A stretch of DNA of 64,000 nt, taken from the NCBI GenBank assembly GCA_049325535.1, contig JBMOKY010000001.1:157002-221001 (forward strand), read 5' to 3'. This DNA is from Patescibacteria group bacterium (GTDB lineage: Bacteria; Patescibacteriota; Patescibacteriia; UBA10025; JAHIVO01). Below, one piece after another: positions 29,437-37,776 of this stretch. The notes beneath the pieces are model-generated. The model made no database searches. It saw only the letters and a program-made list of their open reading frames with translations, and was not told the origin of the DNA. Numbering within the stretch: the first letter of the stretch is position 1; each line of letters begins with the position of its first letter. The position numbers and the translations under genes were made by a program.

Positions 29437-30702
29437 ATGAACCGTCGAGTATTACTCATCATCGCTTTTATCCTGATCGTCATCGTGTTTGGCGCGCTGA
29501 TTTATTTCGTATTTTTGCGCGATCTCTTTGGCCCGGATACAAATGCAAATAATGCCAATACCCCGACCAATCAGGTGACCAATGGCGTACTGCCGAATAC
29601 CAACAGTGCGACCAATGGCGTGCCGGTCAATGGCCTGACCAATGTAAACCGGCTGGTGAACATCGAACCGACAACCAATATCAATGCCGGTCCGGATCAA
29701 ATCGCCCAAGGCGGGGAGACGCTGGCCGGGTATGTGGCCTCGGCTGATGCCGAGGGAGTGTCGACTACTCCGGATGGAAATGGCATCCGATTTTATGACC
29801 GGGATCAGGGACTCTTTTTCATGCTGGATTCGCTGGGTACGAAAGTAAAACTATCCGAGCAGCTTTTTCCCCAGGCGGAGAGCATCGTCTGGGCGCCCAA
29901 GAGCAACAAAGCCATCGTCACCTATCCTGACCAGAGCAAGATCGTCTATGATTTCGACCGACAGAGTCAGGTGACCCTGCCGCGGGAATGGACCGACGTC
30001 GCCTTCAATCCAAACGGCGACAAACTCGCTTTCAAAAATGAATCAACAAATACCGATGACCGGTGGCTGGCCATATCCAATGCCGACGGTTCCCAAGTAC
30101 AGGGCATCGAACCGCTGGGGGACAACGGTAATAATGTCGACGTGAATTGGTCGCCGACCGGGCAGGTGGTGGCCACCTATCGCGAGGCGCAAAATGCCAG
30201 CCAGCAAGAGGTTTATTTGGTCGGTACTCAGGGGGAAAATTTCAAATCAATCCCCACCGATGGCCGGGGGTTTGAGGGTACCTGGTCTCCCGATGCCAGC
30301 CAGCTGCTCTACAGCGTGTACAATGCCGATTCCCGCTATAATCCCGTGCTCTATCTGGTGGACGCGTCTGGGGACAGTACCGGCGGTAATACGGTGAATT
30401 TGGGTTTGCAGACGTGGTCATTCAAATGCGCTTTTGCCCACGGCAGCCCGGCCGCTTACTGCGCGGTCCCGCGTTTTCTGCCTGATGGTTCCGGTATCGT
30501 CCCGGAAGTCGCGACCAATACCAATGATCTCATTTACCGGATCAATACTGATACTGGCATCCGCACGTTGGTGGCTATGCCATCGCTTGCCTCGGGAAAC
30601 GAAAATTACACGGTGGTCAATGTCGTCATGTCAAATGACGATCGCCGACTGTACTTCACCGACGCCAATACCGGTAATATTTATTCGATCCAACTTCAAT
30701 AA
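29437..30702 (+). CDS. Membrane-anchored TolB-like beta-propeller protein
   Basis: N-terminal TM, N/T-rich linker, WAPK/FNPNG/WSPTG/WSPDA blade repeats. Confidence 0.75.
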   Translation: MNRRVLLIIAFILIVIVFGALIYFVFLRDLFGPDTNANNANTPTNQVTNGVLPNTNSATNGVPVNGLTNVNRLVNIEPTTNINAGPDQIAQGGETLAGYVASADAEGVSTTPDGNGIRFYDRDQGLFFMLDSLGTKVKLSEQLFPQAESIVWAPKSNKAIVTYPDQSKIVYDFDRQSQVTLPREWTDVAFNPNGDKLAFKNESTNTDDRWLAISNADGSQVQGIEPLGDNGNNVDVNWSPTGQVVATYREAQNASQQEVYLVGTQGENFKSIPTDGRGFEGTWSPDASQLLYSVYNADSRYNPVLYLVDASGDSTGGNTVNLGLQTWSFKCAFAHGSPAAYCAVPRFLPDGSGIVPEVATNTNDLIYRINTDTGIRTLVAMPSLASGNENYTVVNVVMSNDDRRLYFTDANTGNIYSIQLQ

Positions 30703-32168
30703 TGGTTCCCATGTCACACCGATTCCTCATCCTGTTCATCGGATTACTCGGCGTATGGTCAGTCGTGGGGGGAGTACTGCCAGCCGATGCCCAACAGGAG
30801 GCGTGCTGTGTCCGCGGACCGGGTGACTGCTATCAAAAGCTCGATTATGAAGACATCGCCGCTTGTGCCGGCGGGTATTCACTGCAATTGCAGGCCTGTT
30901 CGACGATAAAAACTTGCCAAGCGGCATCGACGACCCAAGTACTGTGCTGTGTGTGTCGGGCCGGTGTGGGGGATTACTCCAATGGAACGTGTTTTGGTCC
31001 CCAGACTCAGACGCAACCCTGCGGACCGTCTACCGCACCGTGCGAGCAGAGTACGGAGGCCTGTACAGAAATAGATTTATGCAAGGAGTGGGCGGCAAAA
31101 ACAGAGACCCTCGACATCCCGGAGGACAATCCCCGGCTGGTTTGGTTCACCCCGCAGGTGACTATTCCTGGTTCGCAGTTGTTTAATCAGGGAACTCCCA
31201 TCTCCATCACCGGAGCGACGCTCGGGGAATATATCGTAGCGGTGTATTTCTTCCTGGTGAGCTCGGCTGGCATCCTGGCGACGGTATTTATCATGTACGG
31301 CGGTGTCCGCTATATCATCTCATTTGGCAATCAGTCAAAAATCGCCGCGGCCCAGGAAACGATCACCTCAGCGCTGATGGGACTGCTCATCGCCGTGGCA
31401 TCATATATGATACTACTGACCATCAATCCGAATCTGGTGAAATTTGACGGTATCAATGCCGAGCGTCAATTTCCGGTGGTGCAGCAGGAACGGGCGCAGA
31501 TCACGGAAAAAGCCGCCGGGTATTCGGTCACGGCCAATGTCTCGCGTTTTGACGGGTGCCTGACCGAAGCGGCTACGCTCAATGGCGTCAATCGCGACTG
31601 GCTGAAAGCACTGATGCTGGTGGAATCCGCGGGCAACCCGTCGGCAAAATCGCCTGCCGGCGCCTACGGGCTGCTACAGTTGCTGCCGACCACTGCCCAG
31701 CAGTATTCACCGAGCGTGACGGCGCAGCAACTACTCAATCCCGCTATCAATATCAGGATTGCCGCCCAGTATTATAAAGATTTACTGTATCATACCTGTC
31801 CGACCAAAGCGAAATACAAGAGCGGCAAATCAGTCCCGTGCTATCCGGACCAGACCCAGTGCAAACGGGGAGACGTGAAATACGCCAATGCCGCCTATAA
31901 TGGCGGTGTGGGTGCCAACTGTTCCAGTGTCACCTGTCCGGGCCAGACCTGGTGGGAGTGCGTGGAAAATGCCGGTTATGCTGAGACGCGGAACTATGTA
32001 GTGAAGGTACAGGCAGCATATGATAAAATCCAGCAATCGAAGCAAAACCCAGGGCAGTTCCCGCTCTACGTCTGGCAGGATGCGGGCGCGCCAACATGTA
32101 ATGAGCTGCAGGCACAGCCCACGTCCATGGTGCCGATGCTCAGTTTTCCCCTGGTCTATACCATGTAA
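30702..32168 (+). CDS. Pilin-core protein fused to a soluble lytic transglycosylase (SLT) domain
   Basis: Signal peptide, Cys-rich region, pilin hairpin, then SLT motifs ALMLVESAGN, AYGLLQL, AAYNGG, ETRNYV. Start may be 30711. Confidence 0.85.
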   Translation: MVPMSHRFLILFIGLLGVWSVVGGVLPADAQQEACCVRGPGDCYQKLDYEDIAACAGGYSLQLQACSTIKTCQAASTTQVLCCVCRAGVGDYSNGTCFGPQTQTQPCGPSTAPCEQSTEACTEIDLCKEWAAKTETLDIPEDNPRLVWFTPQVTIPGSQLFNQGTPISITGATLGEYIVAVYFFLVSSAGILATVFIMYGGVRYIISFGNQSKIAAAQETITSALMGLLIAVASYMILLTINPNLVKFDGINAERQFPVVQQERAQITEKAAGYSVTANVSRFDGCLTEAATLNGVNRDWLKALMLVESAGNPSAKSPAGAYGLLQLLPTTAQQYSPSVTAQQLLNPAINIRIAAQYYKDLLYHTCPTKAKYKSGKSVPCYPDQTQCKRGDVKYANAAYNGGVGANCSSVTCPGQTWWECVENAGYAETRNYVVKVQAAYDKIQQSKQNPGQFPLYVWQDAGAPTCNELQAQPTSMVPMLSFPLVYTM

Positions 32169-32179
32169 GCGTCAATCCT

Positions 32180-33529
32180 ATTCCGAAAATAACTACAATA
32201 TATTCTTGTTCAAACTGTGACGCCCAATTCCCCAAGTGGATGGGGCGTTGTTCAGAATGTGGGCAGTGGGGTACCCTGGCTAAACATGAGGTGGTGCGCC
32301 AAGCGAAGCGCGGTGCAACCGCGCATGCCCCGGCCGGCACGGTACAGTCGCTCGCTGATATATCGAGTGAGACGGCGCGGCGCATCGTCACCGGCGTCAG
32401 GGAATTTGACCGGGTGCTCGGCGGCGGAATCGTGCCGGGGGGATTATTACTGGTGGGCGGCGACCCCGGCATCGGCAAATCGACATTGATCCTGCAGATC
32501 GGCGGTCGATTGGCGGAGGGTGGACAGGAGGTACTGTATATTTCCGGTGAGGAGTCAGCTGTCCAAGTAAAAGATCGGTTTCAGCGCCTCGGATTGAAAA
32601 CACCGAATCTCAAATTTCTCGGAGAGACAGATATCGACGTGGTGTGCAGTACGGTCCAGCAACAGCGACCGGCGTTGGTGGTATTGGATTCTATTCAGAC
32701 GGCTCATACGGCCGACGTGGATGCGGAGCCGGGGAGTATCGGCCAGCTCAGAGCCTCAACCGGTAAGCTCGTCGGCCTGTCGAAAGAGTGGAGCGTTCCC
32801 ATCATTGTCATCGGCCATGTGACTAAACAGGGTGCGGTAGCCGGGCCGCGTACCCTGGAGCATATGGTTGACGTGGTCTTGTACCTGGAGGGCGACCAGC
32901 ATCATAATTTTCGGGTACTGCGCGCGGTCAAAAATCGTTTCGGTTCGACGGCGGAGGTAGGGGTGTTTGATATGCATCAGGACGGCTTGCATGAGGTGAA
33001 AAATCCCTCGCAGCTATTTCTGGCGGATCGGCAGCAGCAGGCAGGATCGGTGGTGACCGCGGTCATCGAGGGTTCACGGGCTTTTTTGGTCGAGGTGCAG
33101 GCGCTGGTATCCCGTTCAAATTTCGGCTACCCTCAGCGGCGATCGGTCGGATTCAGCCTGAATCGGCTGCAAGTATTGATAGCGGTATTGATGAAAAAAG
33201 CAGGATTGTTCCTGGGTAATCAGGATGTTCATGTCAGCATTGCCGGCGGATTTCACGTGGCTGAGCCGGCGGTGGATCTGGCGGTCTGTATGGCTATCGC
33301 TTCGGCGTTTAAAAATAAACCCTTAGCCGCAACCACGGTGGTGATCGGAGAGGTGGGTTTAGGCGGCGAGCTTCGTTCTGTCAGCGGATTGGACAAGCGA
33401 TTAGAAGAAGCGAAAGCGCTCGGATTTACCGAAGTCGTTATGCCGGCGATGCGCCAGATGCGTGCACCGGCTGGATTACAATTTCTCACCGAATCATCGG
33501 CGAGCGATGCAATTCGCAATTACCTGTAG
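32180..33529 (+). CDS. radA: DNA repair protein RadA/Sms
   Basis: Zn finger CSNC..CSEC, Walker A GDPGIGKS, KNRFG, Lon-like C-terminus. First CxxC lies upstream of the first ATG (32240); ATT at 32180 proposed as start. Confidence 0.95.
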   Translation: MPKITTIYSCSNCDAQFPKWMGRCSECGQWGTLAKHEVVRQAKRGATAHAPAGTVQSLADISSETARRIVTGVREFDRVLGGGIVPGGLLLVGGDPGIGKSTLILQIGGRLAEGGQEVLYISGEESAVQVKDRFQRLGLKTPNLKFLGETDIDVVCSTVQQQRPALVVLDSIQTAHTADVDAEPGSIGQLRASTGKLVGLSKEWSVPIIVIGHVTKQGAVAGPRTLEHMVDVVLYLEGDQHHNFRVLRAVKNRFGSTAEVGVFDMHQDGLHEVKNPSQLFLADRQQQAGSVVTAVIEGSRAFLVEVQALVSRSNFGYPQRRSVGFSLNRLQVLIAVLMKKAGLFLGNQDVHVSIAGGFHVAEPAVDLAVCMAIASAFKNKPLAATTVVIGEVGLGGELRSVSGLDKRLEEAKALGFTEVVMPAMRQMRAPAGLQFLTESSASDAIRNYL

Positions 33530-33532
33530 TAA

Positions 33533-35596
33533 TCACTCCAGATGGATGGTCTGATAGAAATCCCGGAGCCGTTTTTGAATATCGGGAAATTGTTTGAGTT
33601 CTGGGTCGACAGCAATCAATTGGGTAGCACATTCCTTTGCCTGCGCGATGATTGGGTAATCGGCGAGCGTGGCGATTTTTAATTCGGGAAAACCAGATTG
33701 CCTGAGGCCATATAATTCGCCCGGGCCGCGTAATTCCAGATCTTTTTCCGCGAGCTCGAAACCATTAGCACTGGTGACTAGGGCCTGGAGTCGTTCTGTC
33801 GTTTTTTCGCTGGTAGTTTCGGTAAAGACCAGACAATATGATTGGTGTGCGGCGCGGCCCACCCGGCCGCGGAATTGGTGAAGCTGGGCCAGGCCAAAGC
33901 GTTCCGCGCCTTCGATCATCATGATGGAGGCGTTTGGCACGTCGATGCCGACCTCCACCACGGCGGTAGCGACCAGTATATCAGTCCGATGCTGGGAAAA
34001 ATCATCCATTGCCTGCGTTTTGTCCGTCGCTTTCAGTTTGCCATGCACCAGCCCCAGGTGAAGGTCGGGAAACACCTCTTTCCGTAGGTGGTCGTATTCA
34101 GCGGTGGCGGCACGGACACCGAGTTTGTCCGATTCCTCGATCAGTGGACAGATGACAAATGCTTGTCGGCCCGCCGCTATTTCCTTACGGATAAATCCGT
34201 AAGCGGCGTCGCGTTTTTCCGGCGGAACGATATGGGTCATGATTTTTTTTCGGCCCGGGGGTAGTCGGAGGATGGTGCTGATATCGAGATCGCCATAGAC
34301 GGTGAGCGCCAGCGATCGCGGGATGGGCGTGGCGGTCATAGAGAGCAGGTGCGGCGTGGCGGCAGCGGATTTGAGCTTGAGCTGTTTGCGTTGGTCGACG
34401 CCGAATCGGTGTTGTTCGTCGATAACCACCAGGCCGAGTGAGGCAAATTCGACCGTGTCCTGAATCAGGGCGTGAGTGCCGATGACCATATGTACCGACC
34501 CCGCCTGTATGGCAGCGGCGATTGTTTGTTTGGATACTTGTTTGCCGTCCAGCCATCGCTGGCTGTGGGTCAGCAGAGCGACCGAGTTGCCTACATCTTT
34601 GGTAATACGTGAAATCGTTTGGTGGTGCTGGAGCGCCAGAATTTCGGTTGGTGCCATCAGTGCCGTCTGATATCCCGCGGCGATGACATTGAGCATGGCG
34701 ATAGTCGCCACCACTGTTTTGCCCGATCCGACATCACCCTGGAGCAGACGGTTCATCGGATATGCGTGTGTCAGATCCTTCAGGATAGTCCAGGTTGCCT
34801 GGCGCTGGTCCTCAGTCAGCCGGAAGGGCAGTCGTGCCACGAATTCTTTGGTTAGACTTTCATTAAATGCTATGGCCGGCGCGATTTCCTGGCGCACGCG
34901 GTGCCGCAATGACTGGGCCTGTAATTGTACCAGCAGAAGTTCATTGAATTTCAGACGGGTGCGTGCCTGCGCCAGTGTTTTTTTATTGGTAGGAAAGTGT
35001 ACCTCACGGAGTGCTTGCCCCAGAGATATCAGACCGTATTTCTTGAGTACCTCATCTGGCAGCCATTCGGGGATATGCTGAGCCAACGGCAGAATCATTT
35101 TTATGAGGTAGCGGAGCTGTTTTTCAGTCAGCCGCTCGGTGAGTGAATATATCGGGACAATCCGCGCCGTATGGGTCTGTTCTTTTTTCGCTTTTTCATA
35201 TGATGGGCCGGCCAGTTGCAATCCATATTGAGTCATTTCGGCCTTGCCAGAAAAATACGCGGTATCGCCCTGGGCGAGCAGTTTGGTGATAAATGGCTGA
35301 TTGAACCAGACTGCTTTGATACTGCCAGTATCATCAGATATGATCGCCTCAGTCACGTACATGCGCCGGCGGTATGCTCGTTTGTTCGCGATCAAGGTTA
35401 CCTGACCGCGGATGGTCATGACTACGCCCTGCCGTATGTCGCGAATGGGCACAATGCTGCTGTAATCGTCGTAGCGGAATGGGAAGTGCCAAAGTAAATC
35501 CTGCACGGTGTGCAGACCGAGCTTACTGAAGCGTTTGGCCAGCACCTCGCCGATGCGCGGGAGCTGGTGGATAGGGGTTTCAAGTGTGATCGTCAT
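33533..35596 (-). CDS. recG: ATP-dependent DNA helicase RecG
   Basis: MNRLLQGDVGSGKT, DEQHRFG, MTATPIPRSL, QLHQFRGRVGR, DLELRGPGE. Confidence 0.97.
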   Translation of the reverse strand: MTITLETPIHQLPRIGEVLAKRFSKLGLHTVQDLLWHFPFRYDDYSSIVPIRDIRQGVVMTIRGQVTLIANKRAYRRRMYVTEAIISDDTGSIKAVWFNQPFITKLLAQGDTAYFSGKAEMTQYGLQLAGPSYEKAKKEQTHTARIVPIYSLTERLTEKQLRYLIKMILPLAQHIPEWLPDEVLKKYGLISLGQALREVHFPTNKKTLAQARTRLKFNELLLVQLQAQSLRHRVRQEIAPAIAFNESLTKEFVARLPFRLTEDQRQATWTILKDLTHAYPMNRLLQGDVGSGKTVVATIAMLNVIAAGYQTALMAPTEILALQHHQTISRITKDVGNSVALLTHSQRWLDGKQVSKQTIAAAIQAGSVHMVIGTHALIQDTVEFASLGLVVIDEQHRFGVDQRKQLKLKSAAATPHLLSMTATPIPRSLALTVYGDLDISTILRLPPGRKKIMTHIVPPEKRDAAYGFIRKEIAAGRQAFVICPLIEESDKLGVRAATAEYDHLRKEVFPDLHLGLVHGKLKATDKTQAMDDFSQHRTDILVATAVVEVGIDVPNASIMMIEGAERFGLAQLHQFRGRVGRAAHQSYCLVFTETTSEKTTERLQALVTSANGFELAEKDLELRGPGELYGLRQSGFPELKIATLADYPIIAQAKECATQLIAVDPELKQFPDIQKRLRDFYQTIHLE

Positions 35597-35630
35597 ATAG
35601 GTATTGTAACATAAACTAGTCTGGCGGAAT

Positions 35631-35664
35631 AAAAAAACAAGGCAGTGCGGTGAGCGCTGCCTTG
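35631..35664 (-). terminator. Rho-independent terminator after the 36347 gene
   Basis: caaggcagtgc (35638-35648) / gcgctgccttg (35654-35664) stem with A7 at 35631-35637. Confidence 0.75.
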
Positions 35665-35693
35665 AATTTAGGTTTGTGCATATCCGGTCGATA

Positions 35694-36347
35694 TCAGGTC
35701 GCCGGGGTGAGCTGAACGGTCGAATCGACGACGGTCAGTCGGTGTACAGCCGTGATGGGCTTCCTTCCTTCCGTCAGTCGGCGATGGCCGCGTTCGTTGC
35801 GGTCGTAGGCCATGATCAGGTGTCCGTGGGCATCGCGGAAGGGTGTCCGTCCGCTGAAATTGATGCTCAGGGTGTATCGTCCGTCGACAGGCTCGTTGTT
35901 TTCGAAGAACGGGTTGCGATAGGCTCGTACATCCCAGATAGCCTCGCTGACCAGCCGGTCGTAGAGTTTGCTGCACCGGTTCAGGTAGTCGAGTGCCCCG
36001 TCCTCAATTTCGACCCGGTCTGCCGGTCCCCAGAAAAATCTGATCACCCAGAATTTTCCGCCGAATTCCATTTTCCGTTCTTGCAGGTAGGCGTCGTAGA
36101 GACGGTATCCTGCCCGTGTCAGATCATGGGGGAGTCCCTTACCGGACACCAGTCTGGTCGGTCCGATGAACTGAGTTCCGGGGATCCGTTTGCCGGTGAG
36201 TGGTACGGCTGCTTCTTCGGCGAGTTTTCGACAGGCCTCCGGCAACTTGCTGATTTCGGTAGTGTGGAACTGTACCATCACATGCTCGACAGTTTCATCG
36301 AGTAGGCCGTATACCTGCGTCGCCATGCTTGTAACCTCCTGTGACAT
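35694..36347 (-). CDS. Hypothetical protein (217 aa) with its own promoter, SD and terminator
   Basis: SD GGAGGT upstream; promoter TTGACA (36451-36446)-17-TATCGT (36428-36423); terminator downstream. Preferred over the antisense ORF 35676..36305. Confidence 0.75.
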   Translation of the reverse strand: MSQEVTSMATQVYGLLDETVEHVMVQFHTTEISKLPEACRKLAEEAAVPLTGKRIPGTQFIGPTRLVSGKGLPHDLTRAGYRLYDAYLQERKMEFGGKFWVIRFFWGPADRVEIEDGALDYLNRCSKLYDRLVSEAIWDVRAYRNPFFENNEPVDGRYTLSINFSGRTPFRDAHGHLIMAYDRNERGHRRLTEGRKPITAVHRLTVVDSTVQLTPAT

Positions 36348-36465
36348 GCTATACCTCCGTGACTGTGTGACTGTATGGATAGTTGTTTTTGGGTACGATA
36401 GTAAGAACGAAACGAACAGAATACGATATCAGAAAATATCCCTGATGTCAAGGGGAGGGGTGGGT

Positions 36466-36542
36466 TGGTGCGCCCGGCAGGAGTCGAACCTACGGCCTCA
36501 AGCTCCGCAAGCTTGCGCTCTATCCAGCTGAGCTACGGGCGC
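36466..36542 (-). tRNA. tRNA-Arg, anticodon GCG, CCA encoded
   Basis: GCGCCCG TAGCTCAGCTGGATAGAGC G CAAGC TT GCG GA GCTTG AGGCC GTAGG TTCGACT CCTGC CGGGCGC A CCA. Confidence 0.95.
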
Positions 36543-36727
36543 ACGATGAGATGATATTGCGGGTTTCATTCCGTTACGCGACGGATCCACAACTCATTAT
36601 TTTTTTTCTCTCATTCTGATACGGCTGATGTTCTAGCCATATGAAATTCTCGATCTTTGCACTACTGTCTCATATCTGACATACCACGTCAAGCATGCTG
36701 TATCCATTTACTGACGATCGGTTGCTG

Positions 36728-37246
36728 CTATATTTTAAACATGCGGCCGAAACCGTCAGAAAATGATTCATTTTCTTTTTCCACGTCTTCGACGAGATGC
36801 TTGCCTAATATTTTTCGAACCTCAAGCGGGTTTTGATTCTGCAGGAACACCGAGAGCGACGGTCGGAATCCCTTAAATTCCAGATACAGCATCTTTACTT
36901 CTGGCGGTTCGTAAATAATCCAAAAACTTTTTATGTCTGACCATCGATAGTATGATCGGCTACCGAGCTGGATGCCGCGTTCACGAATCGCAATCTCCAG
37001 CTGGGCTGGTTTTCGGCGCCCACGGAGGTAGATGATCAGGCCAAATAGGAGAATCAGTACAAGGAAAAGATAGTTGTGCGTAATCAATCCAAAAATAACC
37101 AAGCCAATCGTTATACTGATGGCAATGACATACCACCAAAAACCGCGACGGTACGGAACAAACTCCGGAAATTCCCAGTGCAGTAAATCTGCGCCCAGGT
37201 CCGGTGGTTGTACCGTATTATTTTCTTCTTTTTGAACGTCGGCCAT
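36728..37246 (-). CDS. Hypothetical membrane protein (2 TM plus PH-like C-terminus)
   Basis: WEFPEF..RGFWWY, two TM helices, YRWSDIKSFWI. Confidence 0.8.
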   Translation of the reverse strand: MADVQKEENNTVQPPDLGADLLHWEFPEFVPYRRGFWWYVIAISITIGLVIFGLITHNYLFLVLILLFGLIIYLRGRRKPAQLEIAIRERGIQLGSRSYYRWSDIKSFWIIYEPPEVKMLYLEFKGFRPSLSVFLQNQNPLEVRKILGKHLVEDVEKENESFSDGFGRMFKI

Positions 37247-37280
37247 AGTGATGGCAGATAAATGATTATGTATGCATTTC

Positions 37281-37404
37281 TGGCTGAGGCCGGGAGAATG
37301 TTGGCAACCCGTCGATTAGCTGCCGGCCTGCCTATTAAGGAGACCTCGCTCCAGATCTTCTCATCCCTACGCCCTGCTGGGGAGTTGCAGGATACTGCTC
37401 CTCA
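37281..37404 (-). ncRNA. Putative tRNA-associated structured element 2 (ends ...CCTCA-G-CCA)
   Basis: Directly downstream of tRNA-Ser(UGA); 5' TGAGG complements 3' CCTCA; contains GGGATGAGAAGATCTGGAGCGAGGTC (37367-37342), related to element 1. Confidence 0.45.
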
Positions 37405-37419
37405 TTCACTTTGTTCAAT

Positions 37420-37506
37420 CGGAGGCGGAGGGATTCGAACCCCCGAGACCGTTGCCGGCCTAACGGTTTTCAAGACCGTCCCATTCAACCACTCTGGCAC
37501 GCCTCC
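37420..37506 (-). tRNA. tRNA-Ser, anticodon TGA, no encoded CCA
   Basis: GGAGGCG...ACGGT CT TGA AA ACCGT, long variable arm, GGGGG TTCGAAT CCCTC CGCCTCC G followed by ATT. Confidence 0.95.
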
Positions 37507-37508
37507 AT

Positions 37509-37650
37509 TGGCGGAGAGTGCGGGACTCGGTCACCCGTCAGTTGCCTGACGGCAATTGCGGTCGACCCCGCCTCGCGGTCTGCCCATAAGCAGACATTGC
37601 TCCGGCTTTCTCGTCCCGTCACCCCACACGTAGGTGTGGGGTTCACTCTC
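37509..37650 (-). ncRNA. Putative tRNA-associated structured element 1 (tRNA-like ends, CCA 3' end)
   Basis: GAGAGTG/CACTCTC and CGGGAC/GTCCCG closing stems, three internal hairpins (one with GCAA tetraloop), 3' end repeats tRNA-Ser(GCT) 3' 18 nt then CCA. Confidence 0.65.
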
Positions 37651-37679
37651 AAAAATAGATACGGAGAGTGCGGGACTCG
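37512..37679. repeat. 18-bp direct repeat of the tRNA-Ser(GCT) 3' end
   Basis: cggagagtgcgggactcg at 37512-37529 and 37662-37679. Confidence 0.95.
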
Positions 37680-37750
37680 AACCCACAAGCGGCTTTTTAC
37701 ACCGCTACGGTTTAGCAAACCGCTGCCTTACCAATTCGGCACAACTCTCC
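37662..37750 (-). tRNA. tRNA-Ser, anticodon GCT, no encoded CCA
   Basis: GGAGAGT...GCGGT TT GCT AA ACCGT, long variable arm, GTGGG TTCGAGT CCCGC ACTCTCC G followed by TAT. Confidence 0.93.
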
Positions 37751-37776
37751 ATGACGCTATGTAATCTGACGGCGTT

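Noticed and set aside
37281-37410. SRP RNA, RNase P RNA or tmRNA
   Set aside because: Lacks the SRP domain IV motif, the RNase P P4 consensus and a tmRNA T-arm; too short for the latter two.
37512-37679. Prophage or island attL/attR pair
   Set aside because: Only 150 bp apart, no integrase, and the spacer is highly structured with a homolog at the next tRNA; retained only as an alternative origin.
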